Virus record (IMG/VR): IMGVR_UViG_3300018063_000004
Coordinates: 369 to 64,368 of that record
DNA length: 64,000 bases
Reading direction: 5' to 3' (one strand)
DNA from: a virus
Taxonomy: Duplodnaviria > Caudoviricetes
The notes below the pieces were generated by a model that saw only the letters and a list, made by a program, of their open reading frames with translations, was not told where the DNA came from and searched no databases. Made by a program: the position numbers and the translations under genes. Shown here piece after piece: positions 1 to 8,833 of this stretch (position 1 is its first letter; every line of letters starts with the position of its first letter).

Positions 1-66
1 GATCCCAATCTTGCACGACGTCGCCGTTCAGCCCGCGGCGCTCTTTGGTGACGATCGGCCGTATGG

Positions 67-657
67 TTACGTGGCCGGGACGGCGTTCGCCCTCCTCGTT
101 CTCGAGCCCGCAATTCCGCTGCGCGCGCGTCGCTTCGGGACAGGTGCGACAGTCCCAAGCGGGCTCGTGTGCGACTCGAGCAAAGTGGAGAGCCAGTCGA
201 AAAAACGTGGATCAATCTCCGACTGCGCGGAAATCCGCGCGACGGCGAGCGCCAGCTCATACGACAACACCGGCCAGAACCCGCAGATCATCGAATATTC
301 AAATCCCGTCTTGATCGGGATCTGGCTCGTCGGATCCAAGCCAGGCGGGATGTCTGCGATCAGGCCACGCTTTTTGCAGAGCACCGCCGGCGCCGTCAGA
401 TTGCGGACCGCCGTCACGCCTTCGGCGAAGACCGCGGCGCCGGTCTCGAACGCCTTGATCACGGACTCTTGGACATCCGGCGTCCATGCGCCGCCTTCAG
501 CCAGTCCGTGTGTCGCCACGATGATCGATTTCAGGCGCGCGCGCCCTGGCCCGCCGACGGCGCAGAGATCAAACTCGGTCGGTGCGTCGGTTGTGTCATT
601 GCCTTTGATGCACAGCGGCCGGAAGGTTTCCGTCGTGAATGGAATTGAGGCAGACAT
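67..657 (-). CDS. Tail assembly chaperone (gpG-like), with -1 frameshift extension running off the window start
   Basis: Follows the tail tube gene; ATG at 657 with GAGGAGG upstream; T-TTT-TTC slippery heptamer at 199-205. Confidence 0.8.
   Translation of the reverse strand: MSASIPFTTETFRPLCIKGNDTTDAPTEFDLCAVGGPGRARLKSIIVATHGLAEGGAWTPDVQESVIKAFETGAAVFAEGVTAVRNLTAPAVLCKKRGLIADIPPGLDPTSQIPIKTGFEYSMICGFWPVLSYELALAVARISAQSEIDPRFFDWLSTLLESHTSPLGTVAPVPKRRARSGIAGSRTRRANAVPAT
199..205 (-). other. Programmed -1 ribosomal frameshift site (T TTT TTC)
   Basis: In-frame XXXYYYZ heptamer (CGT TTT TTC); -1 frame is open to position 1 (RLALHFARVAHEPAWDCRTCPEATRAQRNCG...). Confidence 0.8.
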
Positions 658-805
658 GGCGAGAGGTTCCTCCTCTGCAAAACACTGACCGGCGCGAGCA
701 CTCGAGCAGGACGCTCCGAGGCCGGGGCAGCCTCGGTTCCCAGTGCCTCCTCTCGAATAGCTCGGCCGATCAGCGACGTGAACGAATCGCGCCCCTCCGA
801 AATTC

Positions 806-1951
806 TTAATGCTCGCCGAGGAACATCGCCGCATTCCCGAGCCCTGGATCATAGGCGACGCCCTCGATCGTCACGATCTTCGGTCCGCCGGTTGTCGGAA
901 TAGACGGAATCTCGAACTCGACGGACGGCAGGACGCACCCAACCATGAGCCCGTTCGCGTTACCCACGAGCAACCGCAGCACGGCTTTCGTGAAGGTCTC
1001 GGCTTTCGCGATCAGGTTCACGTCCTCGAGGTAGAACTGCACCGAGACGGTCACGTTGCGAAAATCCGTATGGTGAATGATGCCCGAGGCGACCGAGCTG
1101 CCGAGTTCGCGGTTCCGCAGCTCGCTGTTGTTCTCCATCGTGATTTCGGCGGAGATGACGAGAAATGCCGTGCCGTCGACGAACAGATTGCCCACGAGAC
1201 CACTCGCCGGTGTGCCGACGGTCGTGAAGCCAGCCGGCGGATTGAAGCCGGTCCGGAACTTGTCCTTTGACGGGCCCGAGACCGCGATGCCGACTTCGCG
1301 CGAGCCGTCGAAGGTGAGCTGGATTCGATTGACGATCGCGCCGTTGACCGCTTCCTTGAAGGCGCCGGCCGTATGGAATTTGAAGACCCGGAGGCTGCCA
1401 GGATGCAAGCTGGCCAGCTTGTAATTGACGCCAGAGACCGCGGCGCCAGGCACATCAGGCGCCACGCTGAGCGCATCGAACGTGATCGCCAGGCCCGCGA
1501 CTGTTTTGACGCTCGTGATCTCACGCCGCGCGCCGGCGGCCACGGTGAACACGATCGTATCGCCGACAGCCAGCGTGCCCGCGCTGATCAACGTGGCCGA
1601 CGTGGTCGTCGGCGCCGGCGCCGCGTTCACGGTCGTGGCGAGGTTGACAATCGTCCGCGTGCCCATCCCGTTCTTGAGGAACTTCGACAGATAGGACTGC
1701 GTGCCGAGTGTCCCACTCGGTTCCCAGAACGCCGTGCTCAGATCCCAATTGGAATCTGGCCGCCGCGGCAAACTCTGCGAGCGATCCGGCGTGCCGCGCT
1801 TCTCCGGCGATGGTTCTCGATTGTTCTTTTTATCCAGGTCTAGCTCCTGGTGTCGGAAGCCATCGGTCGCCGACGGATCCACGAGGGTCTCGCCGTAGGC
1901 CCCCTCTTCGACAACATAGGCTTGCTCAAGTAAGGTCGATTCCACGGTCAT
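806..1951 (-). CDS. Major tail tube protein
   Basis: 381 aa beta-rich protein; position between the tail terminator region and the chaperone; no sheath gene seen. Confidence 0.8.
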   Translation of the reverse strand: MTVESTLLEQAYVVEEGAYGETLVDPSATDGFRHQELDLDKKNNREPSPEKRGTPDRSQSLPRRPDSNWDLSTAFWEPSGTLGTQSYLSKFLKNGMGTRTIVNLATTVNAAPAPTTTSATLISAGTLAVGDTIVFTVAAGARREITSVKTVAGLAITFDALSVAPDVPGAAVSGVNYKLASLHPGSLRVFKFHTAGAFKEAVNGAIVNRIQLTFDGSREVGIAVSGPSKDKFRTGFNPPAGFTTVGTPASGLVGNLFVDGTAFLVISAEITMENNSELRNRELGSSVASGIIHHTDFRNVTVSVQFYLEDVNLIAKAETFTKAVLRLLVGNANGLMVGCVLPSVEFEIPSIPTTGGPKIVTIEGVAYDPGLGNAAMFLGEH

Positions 1952-1995
1952 GTGCTGTTCCTCAAGAAAACAGATTTGGAGTTACCCTTGCGGGC

Positions 1996-2715
1996 ATGAA
2001 GGTGAACCTGCCCAAGATCGGCGCTCGGTTTGGACGTTGGACAGTCCTCGGACGGCCTCGGGTCTGGAGCTACCGGTGGTCTGTAAATTGTCGGTGTCGA
2101 TGCGGAACGCGCCGCCGCGTGAAGGTCCAGAACCTGACGCGCGGCCTGAGCCGATCCTGCGGCTGCCTGAGCCGAGAGATTCAGCGCCGTCTGAAGACGC
2201 GTTATCGAGTGCCGCGGAAGGGCACGCAGTTTGGCCGACTCGTCATTACAGGCGGCGCGATTCGTGACGCCGGTGATCGGAAGATCCGGGTTCCGTGTCG
2301 TTGCGCCTGCGGCAAGAAGTGCGTCAAGGATATCTACTCGCTGCGCTCTGGCGCGATTCGATCGTGTGGTTGCCGACGAGGCAACATCACACACGGTGAA
2401 TCGAGACGAACCGTCGAATACCGAGCCTGGCGCGGCATGCTGACGAGGTGCTACAACCCAAAAACGCAGTTCTGGCGCTACTACGGCGGCCGACGGCCGC
2501 CAGTTCGCGTCTGTGCCCGCTGGCGCAAGAGCTACGAGGCCTTCCTGGCCGACGTGGGTCGTCGGCCGAGCCGCCGGCACTCCCTCGACCGCAAAGACAA
2601 CGACGGCCATTACGAACCCGGCAATGTGCGCTGGCGAACGGCTACACAGCAGGCCCAGAACCGCCGCCCCATGCGCCGATCGAGAACTGGTCGAACGCTG
2701 CATCGTGCTCCCTAA
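1996..2715 (+). CDS. HNH homing endonuclease inserted antisense in the tail operon
   Basis: Two FGRW/L..CxCxCG..SCGC repeats, THG, MLTRC, YGGR, SLDRKDNDGHYEPGNVRW; TACCCT -10-like box 7 nt before ATG (possibly leaderless). Confidence 0.9.
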   Translation: MKVNLPKIGARFGRWTVLGRPRVWSYRWSVNCRCRCGTRRRVKVQNLTRGLSRSCGCLSREIQRRLKTRYRVPRKGTQFGRLVITGGAIRDAGDRKIRVPCRCACGKKCVKDIYSLRSGAIRSCGCRRGNITHGESRRTVEYRAWRGMLTRCYNPKTQFWRYYGGRRPPVRVCARWRKSYEAFLADVGRRPSRRHSLDRKDNDGHYEPGNVRWRTATQQAQNRRPMRRSRTGRTLHRAP

Positions 2716-2790
2716 AACAAAGAGCGCCCGGGCGGCAATCTCAATTGAGATCGCCGAACCGGGCGCTCGGGTCCTCCGTCACGCCCATGC
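2713..2790 (-). promoter_or_regulatory. Attenuator copy 1: CGGAGGACCCG hairpin overlapping an intrinsic terminator
   Basis: GGGCGT-gaCGGAGGACCCGa-GCGCCC competes with GAGCGCCCGG..CCGGGCGCTC-TTTGTTTT. Confidence 0.8.
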
Positions 2791-2809
2791 GAGATCGTGT
2801 GGCGCCGGC

Positions 2810-3100
2810 TTACGCTGCCGGCTTCGTGAGAGCTTTCTTCTTACCCGCGCCCTCCTCCGGCCCGGGCTCAGTCGGCGCCGGCGGCGCGAGTCGCTCACAC
2901 CGGAAGTGCGGCGCCAGACTACTGTCCCGTTCGATCCCCACGGCAACTTCGGCCGGCACGTCCTGTGGCGAGCCGGGCGCCTCTGGTGTGCCCTCGTCCC
3001 ATTCGAGCGATCGCCCGATGGGATTGAAAAAGATTCGCCAGGATCCGGGCGGGCTCTCCGGCGCGCTCGTGATTCTCGACACGCGATGCGTGTAGCTCAT
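2810..3100 (-). CDS. Small tail-region protein
   Basis: ATGA overlap with upstream gene; 96 aa. Confidence 0.65.
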   Translation of the reverse strand: MSYTHRVSRITSAPESPPGSWRIFFNPIGRSLEWDEGTPEAPGSPQDVPAEVAVGIERDSSLAPHFRCERLAPPAPTEPGPEEGAGKKKALTKPAA

Positions 3101-3588
3101 GGGGCCACCTGTCCGATAAAGCGGCACGTCAGCCGCGCGTAGTGAACGTGATAGAGACTCGCCAAAATCAAATACCCGAAGCGTTCCCATTGCATCGGGT
3201 CCTGGTGCACCACGTCGACGGTCAAGAGTCCGACCTTGTTGAACTCGAGCGCCACGGACCAGCACAACGTCCGGAAGGTTTTCTCGCTGGCCGCAACATC
3301 GTCGATGCCGAAGACTCCTTCAACCGCGACACCGAAATCGGTCAAGACGCGCCCGGCCTGGCCGGACCCGACGGCGCCGAAACCTGGCCCGCGCGTCGAG
3401 CGCGCCGGCGGTTCGGCGAGTGTCACGCTCCAGGCATGGATCCGACCCTGGCCCGTGTGATACCACAGCGCCCGCGCGCCTGGTTCGTCCCGGACCTCGC
3501 GCCGGTAGTCATAGACCAGCCCGACGCCGGCGATCGATTCGAGCTTGATCTTGACGGCCGTGATCAGACCATCCGGCGTGAGCGCCAT
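3097..3588 (-). CDS. Tail terminator / completion protein
   Basis: 163 aa; synteny after gp10-like neck gene. Confidence 0.65.
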   Translation of the reverse strand: MALTPDGLITAVKIKLESIAGVGLVYDYRREVRDEPGARALWYHTGQGRIHAWSVTLAEPPARSTRGPGFGAVGSGQAGRVLTDFGVAVEGVFGIDDVAASEKTFRTLCWSVALEFNKVGLLTVDVVHQDPMQWERFGYLILASLYHVHYARLTCRFIGQVAP

Positions 3589-4178
3589 TAGGCCACGCCG
3601 CCGCCCTGGCCTTCCGGTTCTGTGAGCGCCCGGCCCATCGCATCGGCCATGATCTCAAACACCCCCTCCACGTTCGGGAGCGCGTTCTTCAGTCCACGGT
3701 CCACGAAATGCCGCGCCTCAATGCCTTTTTTCGCGATCGATTTCGCGATCGCCCATGCCGTTTCCTCGAGTTCAAAATCATCACTCTCCGCAATCCCGAG
3801 CACACGTTCGACCCACAACATGATCGCGTCGACCGGAGGCATTCGTTGGCCTGGCGTCCGGCCCTGGTCGATCACGATCGCATACGGGAGCGAGCTGAAT
3901 ACGCGGCCGTGAAGGTCCTCGATCGTCTGCCCGAGCAGCTCGATCCCTCCCGTGACTGCCGCCGGCGACGCGCCGAAGCTCTGCGCCAGGTTGCCCGTCA
4001 CGCCCACGGGCGCCTCGTCGCTGATTCGGCCGGCGATTTCCTGAAGCGCCAAACTCATATACGCCCGACCGATAGTCGCCAACACGCGTCGGGCTCGAAC
4101 CCCTTCGAACAGCGGCACGTCCCGATACCGAATCTCGATCTGGTCGCCGAACTTCCGGACGATCACGCCGCCAGCCAT
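3588..4178 (-). CDS. HK97 gp10-like neck/tail completion protein
   Basis: APVGVTGNLAQS, PYAIVIDQG, RHFVDRG motifs. Confidence 0.75.
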   Translation of the reverse strand: MAGGVIVRKFGDQIEIRYRDVPLFEGVRARRVLATIGRAYMSLALQEIAGRISDEAPVGVTGNLAQSFGASPAAVTGGIELLGQTIEDLHGRVFSSLPYAIVIDQGRTPGQRMPPVDAIMLWVERVLGIAESDDFELEETAWAIAKSIAKKGIEARHFVDRGLKNALPNVEGVFEIMADAMGRALTEPEGQGGGVA

Positions 4179-4180
4179 GA

Positions 4181-4924
4181 CTAGACGTGCCACAGTCGCC
4201 CGCGGCCGTGCCGCGTGGCAATCTCGAACTTCTTGATCACGTGCGCACCCGGGATCTCGCCGGCGTCGCCCTTCCCGACGAGCGCGTTGTAGGCCTTCAT
4301 CAATTCTTTTGCGCGTGAGGCCATGATGTCTGACTGCGTCCGCCGATCGATGGTTTCGTTCTGAAATGTGCTGGTGCCCGTGTTTTGCACGTATCGCCGC
4401 GCCGTCATCTCGCAGAGCTTAACCGCGTCCAGGACGATGAAGGCTTTCACGTCGCCAGCGAGAATCGAGGATTGCGCGATATCTGTCGCGTGAATGACGT
4501 GCGGCCGGACATACTCGAGGCGGAGCACACCAGAGGACGGCGTCAACGACAGCAGTTTCAGAACGACCAGCGCGCTCGGTTCCCGCTGGACGAACCAGTG
4601 ATTGCGATCGAGTGGGTCATTGTCTTGGCTGGTGATGTCGAACGGGTGAAAGACGTCCTCGAGACGTGAGCCGCCATCGATCCATTGATCGAGTCCGCTC
4701 GTCGGCAGGATGGTCCCGGCGCCCGAGAGCACGAACCGGAACGCGGCGCTTGGCACGGTGTAGTGAAAGATGCGGAGATTCGGCCGATCGGTCTTGAAGG
4801 TCTCGAGCGCCTGATCGATGGCGAGGTCGTAGTCCGGATCCGCGAGGAGCAGCTTGGCGCCGCCGCCGGGATCTTGCGCCACTTGTTTGGCTTCGGCCGT
4901 GACGGTTGTGCGTGCGACGGACAA
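4181..4924 (-). CDS. Head-tail adaptor
   Basis: Synteny downstream of capsid and decoration genes; 247 aa. Confidence 0.65.
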   Translation of the reverse strand: MSVARTTVTAEAKQVAQDPGGGAKLLLADPDYDLAIDQALETFKTDRPNLRIFHYTVPSAAFRFVLSGAGTILPTSGLDQWIDGGSRLEDVFHPFDITSQDNDPLDRNHWFVQREPSALVVLKLLSLTPSSGVLRLEYVRPHVIHATDIAQSSILAGDVKAFIVLDAVKLCEMTARRYVQNTGTSTFQNETIDRRTQSDIMASRAKELMKAYNALVGKGDAGEIPGAHVIKKFEIATRHGRGRLWHV

Positions 4925-4945
4925 ATCAACATCTCCAGACCATCA

Positions 4946-5230
4946 TTAGACGTAGACGATGCAGCTCGCGCCGGCGCCCGTGACCGTCACGTGTAACGCC
5001 TTCTTGAAAATGACCGGGATCGTGAGTTCGTCATTGCCGTTCACGACCGCCGCCAGCTCCGCGATGATCGCGCCGGCGCCGTCCACTTCACGAATGACCA
5101 CGGTCGCCGCCGCGGCCGCCGCTACAACGTGCGCCCCGAGCATCACCAGATCGAGGTTGCCTCCGGGGCCCGCGTCAAAGACGATTGCACCAGCGCCGGC
5201 CGCCTGCCGAAATGGTCTGCCTGGTCTCAC
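4946..5230 (-). CDS. Small beta-sandwich virion protein
   Basis: GGAGG RBS; A/V/G-rich beta pattern. Confidence 0.65.
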   Translation of the reverse strand: MRPGRPFRQAAGAGAIVFDAGPGGNLDLVMLGAHVVAAAAAATVVIREVDGAGAIIAELAAVVNGNDELTIPVIFKKALHVTVTGAGASCIVYV

Positions 5231-5249
5231 GTCCGAATCCTCCCGTCGT

Positions 5250-5288
5250 CGAAAACGACCGGAGTGGTGTTATGCCCACCCCGGTCTC
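5250..5288 (-). terminator. Intrinsic terminator-like hairpin
   Basis: GACCGGGGTGG..CCACTCCGGTC followed by GTTTTC. Confidence 0.55.
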
Positions 5289-5330
5289 GCCGCCCGCGCT
5301 ATCTTCCGCGGGCCTCAGCCGCGACGCGCG

Positions 5331-5744
5331 TTAGTCGCCGAGTGACACGTAATCGATCTGGAGCGTGGCATCCGAGTAGGTCGGCGCCGTGCCGCCCGCC
5401 TCAGCCAACACGATCGACAGCACACTGTCCTTCGCCACGGAGGCCGCGCCGCCGGCGAGCGCCGTGCCCTCCTTGTCGACCGGCGTGCCCGCGGTCAGCG
5501 CATCCACGTCAAACACTGCCGCCAGCAGGCTGACGCCATCGTCGAGCACGTCGACTGAGCTGTCCACGTGCGTGCCGCCTTTCACGCCGACATTGAGCGT
5601 CATGCCGATGATCTTGCCTGTTTCGGGCATCCGCACTTTCGCCGTATGCGCCGCAAACGCGACGAGCGGGCCCATCGCCGCCAGCGTGATCGGGCCGATG
5701 GTGTTCACCCTCCCGACCGCCAGACTGAATGCTGGTCTTGCCAT
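5331..5744 (-). CDS. Capsid decoration/cement protein
   Basis: Directly after the major capsid gene; strong AAGGAG RBS; beta-rich 137 aa. Confidence 0.65.
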   Translation of the reverse strand: MARPAFSLAVGRVNTIGPITLAAMGPLVAFAAHTAKVRMPETGKIIGMTLNVGVKGGTHVDSSVDVLDDGVSLLAAVFDVDALTAGTPVDKEGTALAGGAASVAKDSVLSIVLAEAGGTAPTYSDATLQIDYVSLGD

Positions 5745-5765
5745 GTTCTCGATCTCCTTCTGTGA

Positions 5766-5800
5766 GAAAGTTCGCCGGCCGCATCTTCGGGCGGCCGGCG
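5766..5800 (-). terminator. Hairpin after capsid gene
   Basis: CGCCGGCCGC..GCGGCCGGCG then AACTTTCT. Confidence 0.45.
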
Positions 5801-5843
5801 GTGTTTCAAGCGTTCAGCATCGATCAGGTCGCCGCGATCCACC

Positions 5844-8531
5844 TTACGGGACGATCGCGCCGGCGAATGGCCGGAAGTCCATGATCGCGCCGCCGTAGAT
5901 TTGGCGGATCTTATACGTGAGCTGATCGTTCGAGAACATCGACCCCTGGCTCGGCAAATCCTGCACGAACAACTCCGGGGTTTCTTGGCCGTCCAGGAAG
6001 CCGATCTCGAGCATCGGCGCTTGATCGATCGAGGCCGAGACCCAATAGTTGTTCACGTCCGACCAATATTCAACTACGATCGTCGTGAGATTCAGCTTCT
6101 TGACGAAGTTCGGATCATTGTTGTTTGAGCCGAGCACGCGATCCGACGTGGTGAGCTGAAACGCCAGCTCCTCGAGTTCCGATGGCACGATCAGATAGCG
6201 CGCCGCCAGGCCGATGCGCTTCGCGTTCGACATATCGGCTTGCTGTTTGATTCGCAGCCGGAGCGTCGAGACGTTCGCGCCCGAGAGCGCCGTGGTCACG
6301 ATGTTGTTCCCGTGGCCGGCCGCGGCCAGCGCCACGCCGTCATAGATGAGCGCGTTGTTGTTCAGGAAATCCCACGCGAACTCATGCAGCGTTTGCGCGG
6401 CCGCACGCGCGAGCTTGTTCGGGACTCGGCGGACGGCGCCGACATCGTCGTTCTTGATCATCTCAAGCGTGATCTGCTCGGTCCCGCCGCGCTTCGCCGG
6501 CGAGTAGGTCGCCTCTTCGTCCGTCGGGCTCGTCATGGACGGATACGGCCCGCCCTGCGTGACGATCGCGAGGTTCCCGTAGCCGCCGAACCGCATACGC
6601 CGCACGGTCCGGAAGTCGGAGAGTGGGACGACCTCGGCGATGGTGCCGCGCCAATTCGCCAGGCCGCTATCCGCGTAGTCCTTGAGCATCCGGCGCGTGA
6701 TGCTATCGCCGAGGATCTGATCGAAGCTCGACGTCGTGAGCGATTCCGTCAGTCTGATTTCCGACAAGCGCCGCAGAACAGCTTCGCTGATCTTGCCGTT
6801 GACCTTTGTATCGCCCGTGATGTCAACGTAGATTTCCTTGAAGCTCTGGAGCGGCTTCATCGGATCGAAGAAGTTGGCGAGCCGTTCCCGGACTTTGGCC
6901 GTCCCGTCCGTCACGATTTGCACGCGCGGGAGGCCGACGTGTGGCATGACGAGGTTCGCTTCGCGCAGCGCGCCCACGTCCTCGACCGCTTCCTTGATCG
7001 CGAGTGTGACCTCGTCCTCGGTCGGAAGCTGGCCTTTGCCGATTCGCTCCGTGAACTTTTTCCGCAGACGTGTTTTGAACACGTCGGGCAGCGCGCACTC
7101 GAGCAGCGATCGCTCGAGCATCATGCCGGCGAAGTTCCGAGCCCCGGACTGATTGCTCGTCTCGAGTGCCGTGATGCGCTCGAGCAGCGCGGTGCGATCG
7201 GCCGCCTCGGTGATCGTCGCGGTTGCGCCGGCAGCCGGCACGGCGGCCGCGGCAGGCACAACAGCAACGACAGGAACGACAGGTCGAGCGGCGAGCGCCT
7301 CAGTGAGCAGACGAGTCGCCGTGGCCTCGTCGCACCCTTCCGGCACGGTCACGCCGGCCTTTTTCAACGACTCGATCAAATGCTGCAACATGCGAACGTC
7401 CTCCTGAAGCTGTGGATTGGCCGCTTCGGATGCCACGAGACGGAGCACGCGCCCGCCCGCGGACGGATTCAGAACCCAATCGACCGATTCGACTTTGCGG
7501 ATGGCGTTGACGTCGTAGGCCGCGCCGTCGGCGAGCTGCACGACCTGGCTCTCGGCCCGCACGTCATGTGAGAGCCCGAAAAAGTCGGGATGGCCTTCCT
7601 GGTAGGCGTCGAGTAATTCCTCCCGGAAGTGTTTCTTCGTGACAACGGCGGTGCCCGCCAGCGCCAGAAGGCTGGCGCCGCCATCGGCTTCGGTGGTGCT
7701 CGAGAGCACGACCGGCCGGATGTTTTTCGCGAAGCCCATCGCTTCAGCGCCCGAGCGGCCGAACGGCCCGGTCTCGAGCTTGTGATCGAGAAACATCCGC
7801 GCCTTGTCGTAGAGCGGCGCGGCTTCGGCCAGGACCTTCCGGTTGTAGCGGTTGCGGTTCTTGCTCATGCCTTCTTGAATGAGCAGCACGTCCCACAACT
7901 TGCCCGTTGGCGCGCTCCCGGCGGCCTCCGCCACGGGCCCGAGGACCTCGGCCTGGATCCGGATCAGGTTGCCGGCCGCGGTGGTGATGATGGACTCGAG
8001 AAAAGCGCCCTCGCGCACGGGCGCGTATTTTTGAACGACTTCGATCGGTTCGCCCTTGAGTTCAACCGTGCCATCGATCGTCCAGGTGTAATCGATCCGC
8101 CAGAAGCCTGGCTTCCCGACGCCGATGCTTTCCTTCCGGAAGATGACGTAGTCGTCATAGGTCGCGACGGGCCAGACATAGCCCATGCGACCGTTGTCTT
8201 TGGGCAGGAAGCGTTGCCGAAGAGCATCCGACACGCGCGACAGGCGTTCGTCCAGCGAGAGCCCGTTCTTCGCCTCAGCCGTGCGTTGAAGGATCGCTTC
8301 GAGGATCCAACTATTCACACTCGACTCCTTGTTGCGTCGGATGAGGTCACCGATTGGATTGCCAGCACGATCGAGGACCTGCACAGAAACCATGTCGGCG
8401 GCGATGATTTCTTCGGCTTCCGCCTTCGCTTTGATCGCGCCGCAGATCCGACGCGCGCGCTCGGCCGATTTGCCCTGACTGACGTGATCGGCCACGCACG
8501 CATCAAAATCCGTGTAACCGGCAAACGGCAT
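5844..8531 (-). CDS. Prohead protease-scaffold-major capsid polyprotein (Mu gpT-like capsid)
   Basis: Protease-like region (MFLDH, FGLSHD, SVDWVLNPSAGG), helical scaffold, capsid motifs (SDFR, ITLEMIKNDD, YLIVP, GFLDG..PE); likely ATG 8531 just after the terminator U-tract. Confidence 0.9.
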   Translation of the reverse strand: MPFAGYTDFDACVADHVSQGKSAERARRICGAIKAKAEAEEIIAADMVSVQVLDRAGNPIGDLIRRNKESSVNSWILEAILQRTAEAKNGLSLDERLSRVSDALRQRFLPKDNGRMGYVWPVATYDDYVIFRKESIGVGKPGFWRIDYTWTIDGTVELKGEPIEVVQKYAPVREGAFLESIITTAAGNLIRIQAEVLGPVAEAAGSAPTGKLWDVLLIQEGMSKNRNRYNRKVLAEAAPLYDKARMFLDHKLETGPFGRSGAEAMGFAKNIRPVVLSSTTEADGGASLLALAGTAVVTKKHFREELLDAYQEGHPDFFGLSHDVRAESQVVQLADGAAYDVNAIRKVESVDWVLNPSAGGRVLRLVASEAANPQLQEDVRMLQHLIESLKKAGVTVPEGCDEATATRLLTEALAARPVVPVVAVVPAAAAVPAAGATATITEAADRTALLERITALETSNQSGARNFAGMMLERSLLECALPDVFKTRLRKKFTERIGKGQLPTEDEVTLAIKEAVEDVGALREANLVMPHVGLPRVQIVTDGTAKVRERLANFFDPMKPLQSFKEIYVDITGDTKVNGKISEAVLRRLSEIRLTESLTTSSFDQILGDSITRRMLKDYADSGLANWRGTIAEVVPLSDFRTVRRMRFGGYGNLAIVTQGGPYPSMTSPTDEEATYSPAKRGGTEQITLEMIKNDDVGAVRRVPNKLARAAAQTLHEFAWDFLNNNALIYDGVALAAAGHGNNIVTTALSGANVSTLRLRIKQQADMSNAKRIGLAARYLIVPSELEELAFQLTTSDRVLGSNNNDPNFVKKLNLTTIVVEYWSDVNNYWVSASIDQAPMLEIGFLDGQETPELFVQDLPSQGSMFSNDQLTYKIRQIYGGAIMDFRPFAGAIVP

Positions 8532-8610
8532 GGCCAAAAAAAAGAGCGCCCGAAGGGCGAGCTGTGAAGCTCGAGTCCTTCGGGCGCTCGGGTCCTCCGC
8601 CGCGCCCGGC
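8532..8610 (-). promoter_or_regulatory. Attenuator copy 2 upstream of capsid gene
   Basis: CGGGCGC-ggCGGAGGACCCGa-GCGCCCG versus terminator GAGCGCCCGAAGG..CCTTCGGGCGCTC-T8. Confidence 0.85.
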
Positions 8611-8629
8611 GGGATCACGATCGATCGAC

Positions 8630-8830
8630 TTACGCGGCCGGCAGCGTGTAGCGCCCGGTCCGCATCATCTCAACCGCTTGCGGATCCTCCACGGGAAGGC
8701 CGTCGGCCTCCCACGTTTCCTCTCGCTTGACGATCCCGATCTGGCCCTTGCGGAACTGAATATGGATCGTCCCGTAGAAGTCCCGCCGGACGCATTCGAG
8801 TAAGAACTGCACAAGACGCGCGAAATGCAC
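8630..8830 (-). CDS. Small DUF2292/YezD-like protein, candidate RNA-binding regulator
   Basis: 66 aa; FYGTIHIQFRKGQIGIVKREET resembles the YG.V.I..QDG.V.QIE..EK pattern; stop lies about 20 nt before attenuator copy 2. Confidence 0.55.
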   Translation of the reverse strand: MHFARLVQFLLECVRRDFYGTIHIQFRKGQIGIVKREETWEADGLPVEDPQAVEMMRTGRYTLPAA

Positions 8831-8833
8831 CCG

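Noticed and set aside
1952-2712. Group I intron around the HNH gene
   Set aside because: HNH is intergenic and antisense; no interrupted host gene or intron core recognised
5288-5325. CGCGG-CTGAGGC-CCGCG hairpin before a terminator as a further motif copy
   Set aside because: Loop sequence and length differ and it does not overlap the terminator stem; too weak to count
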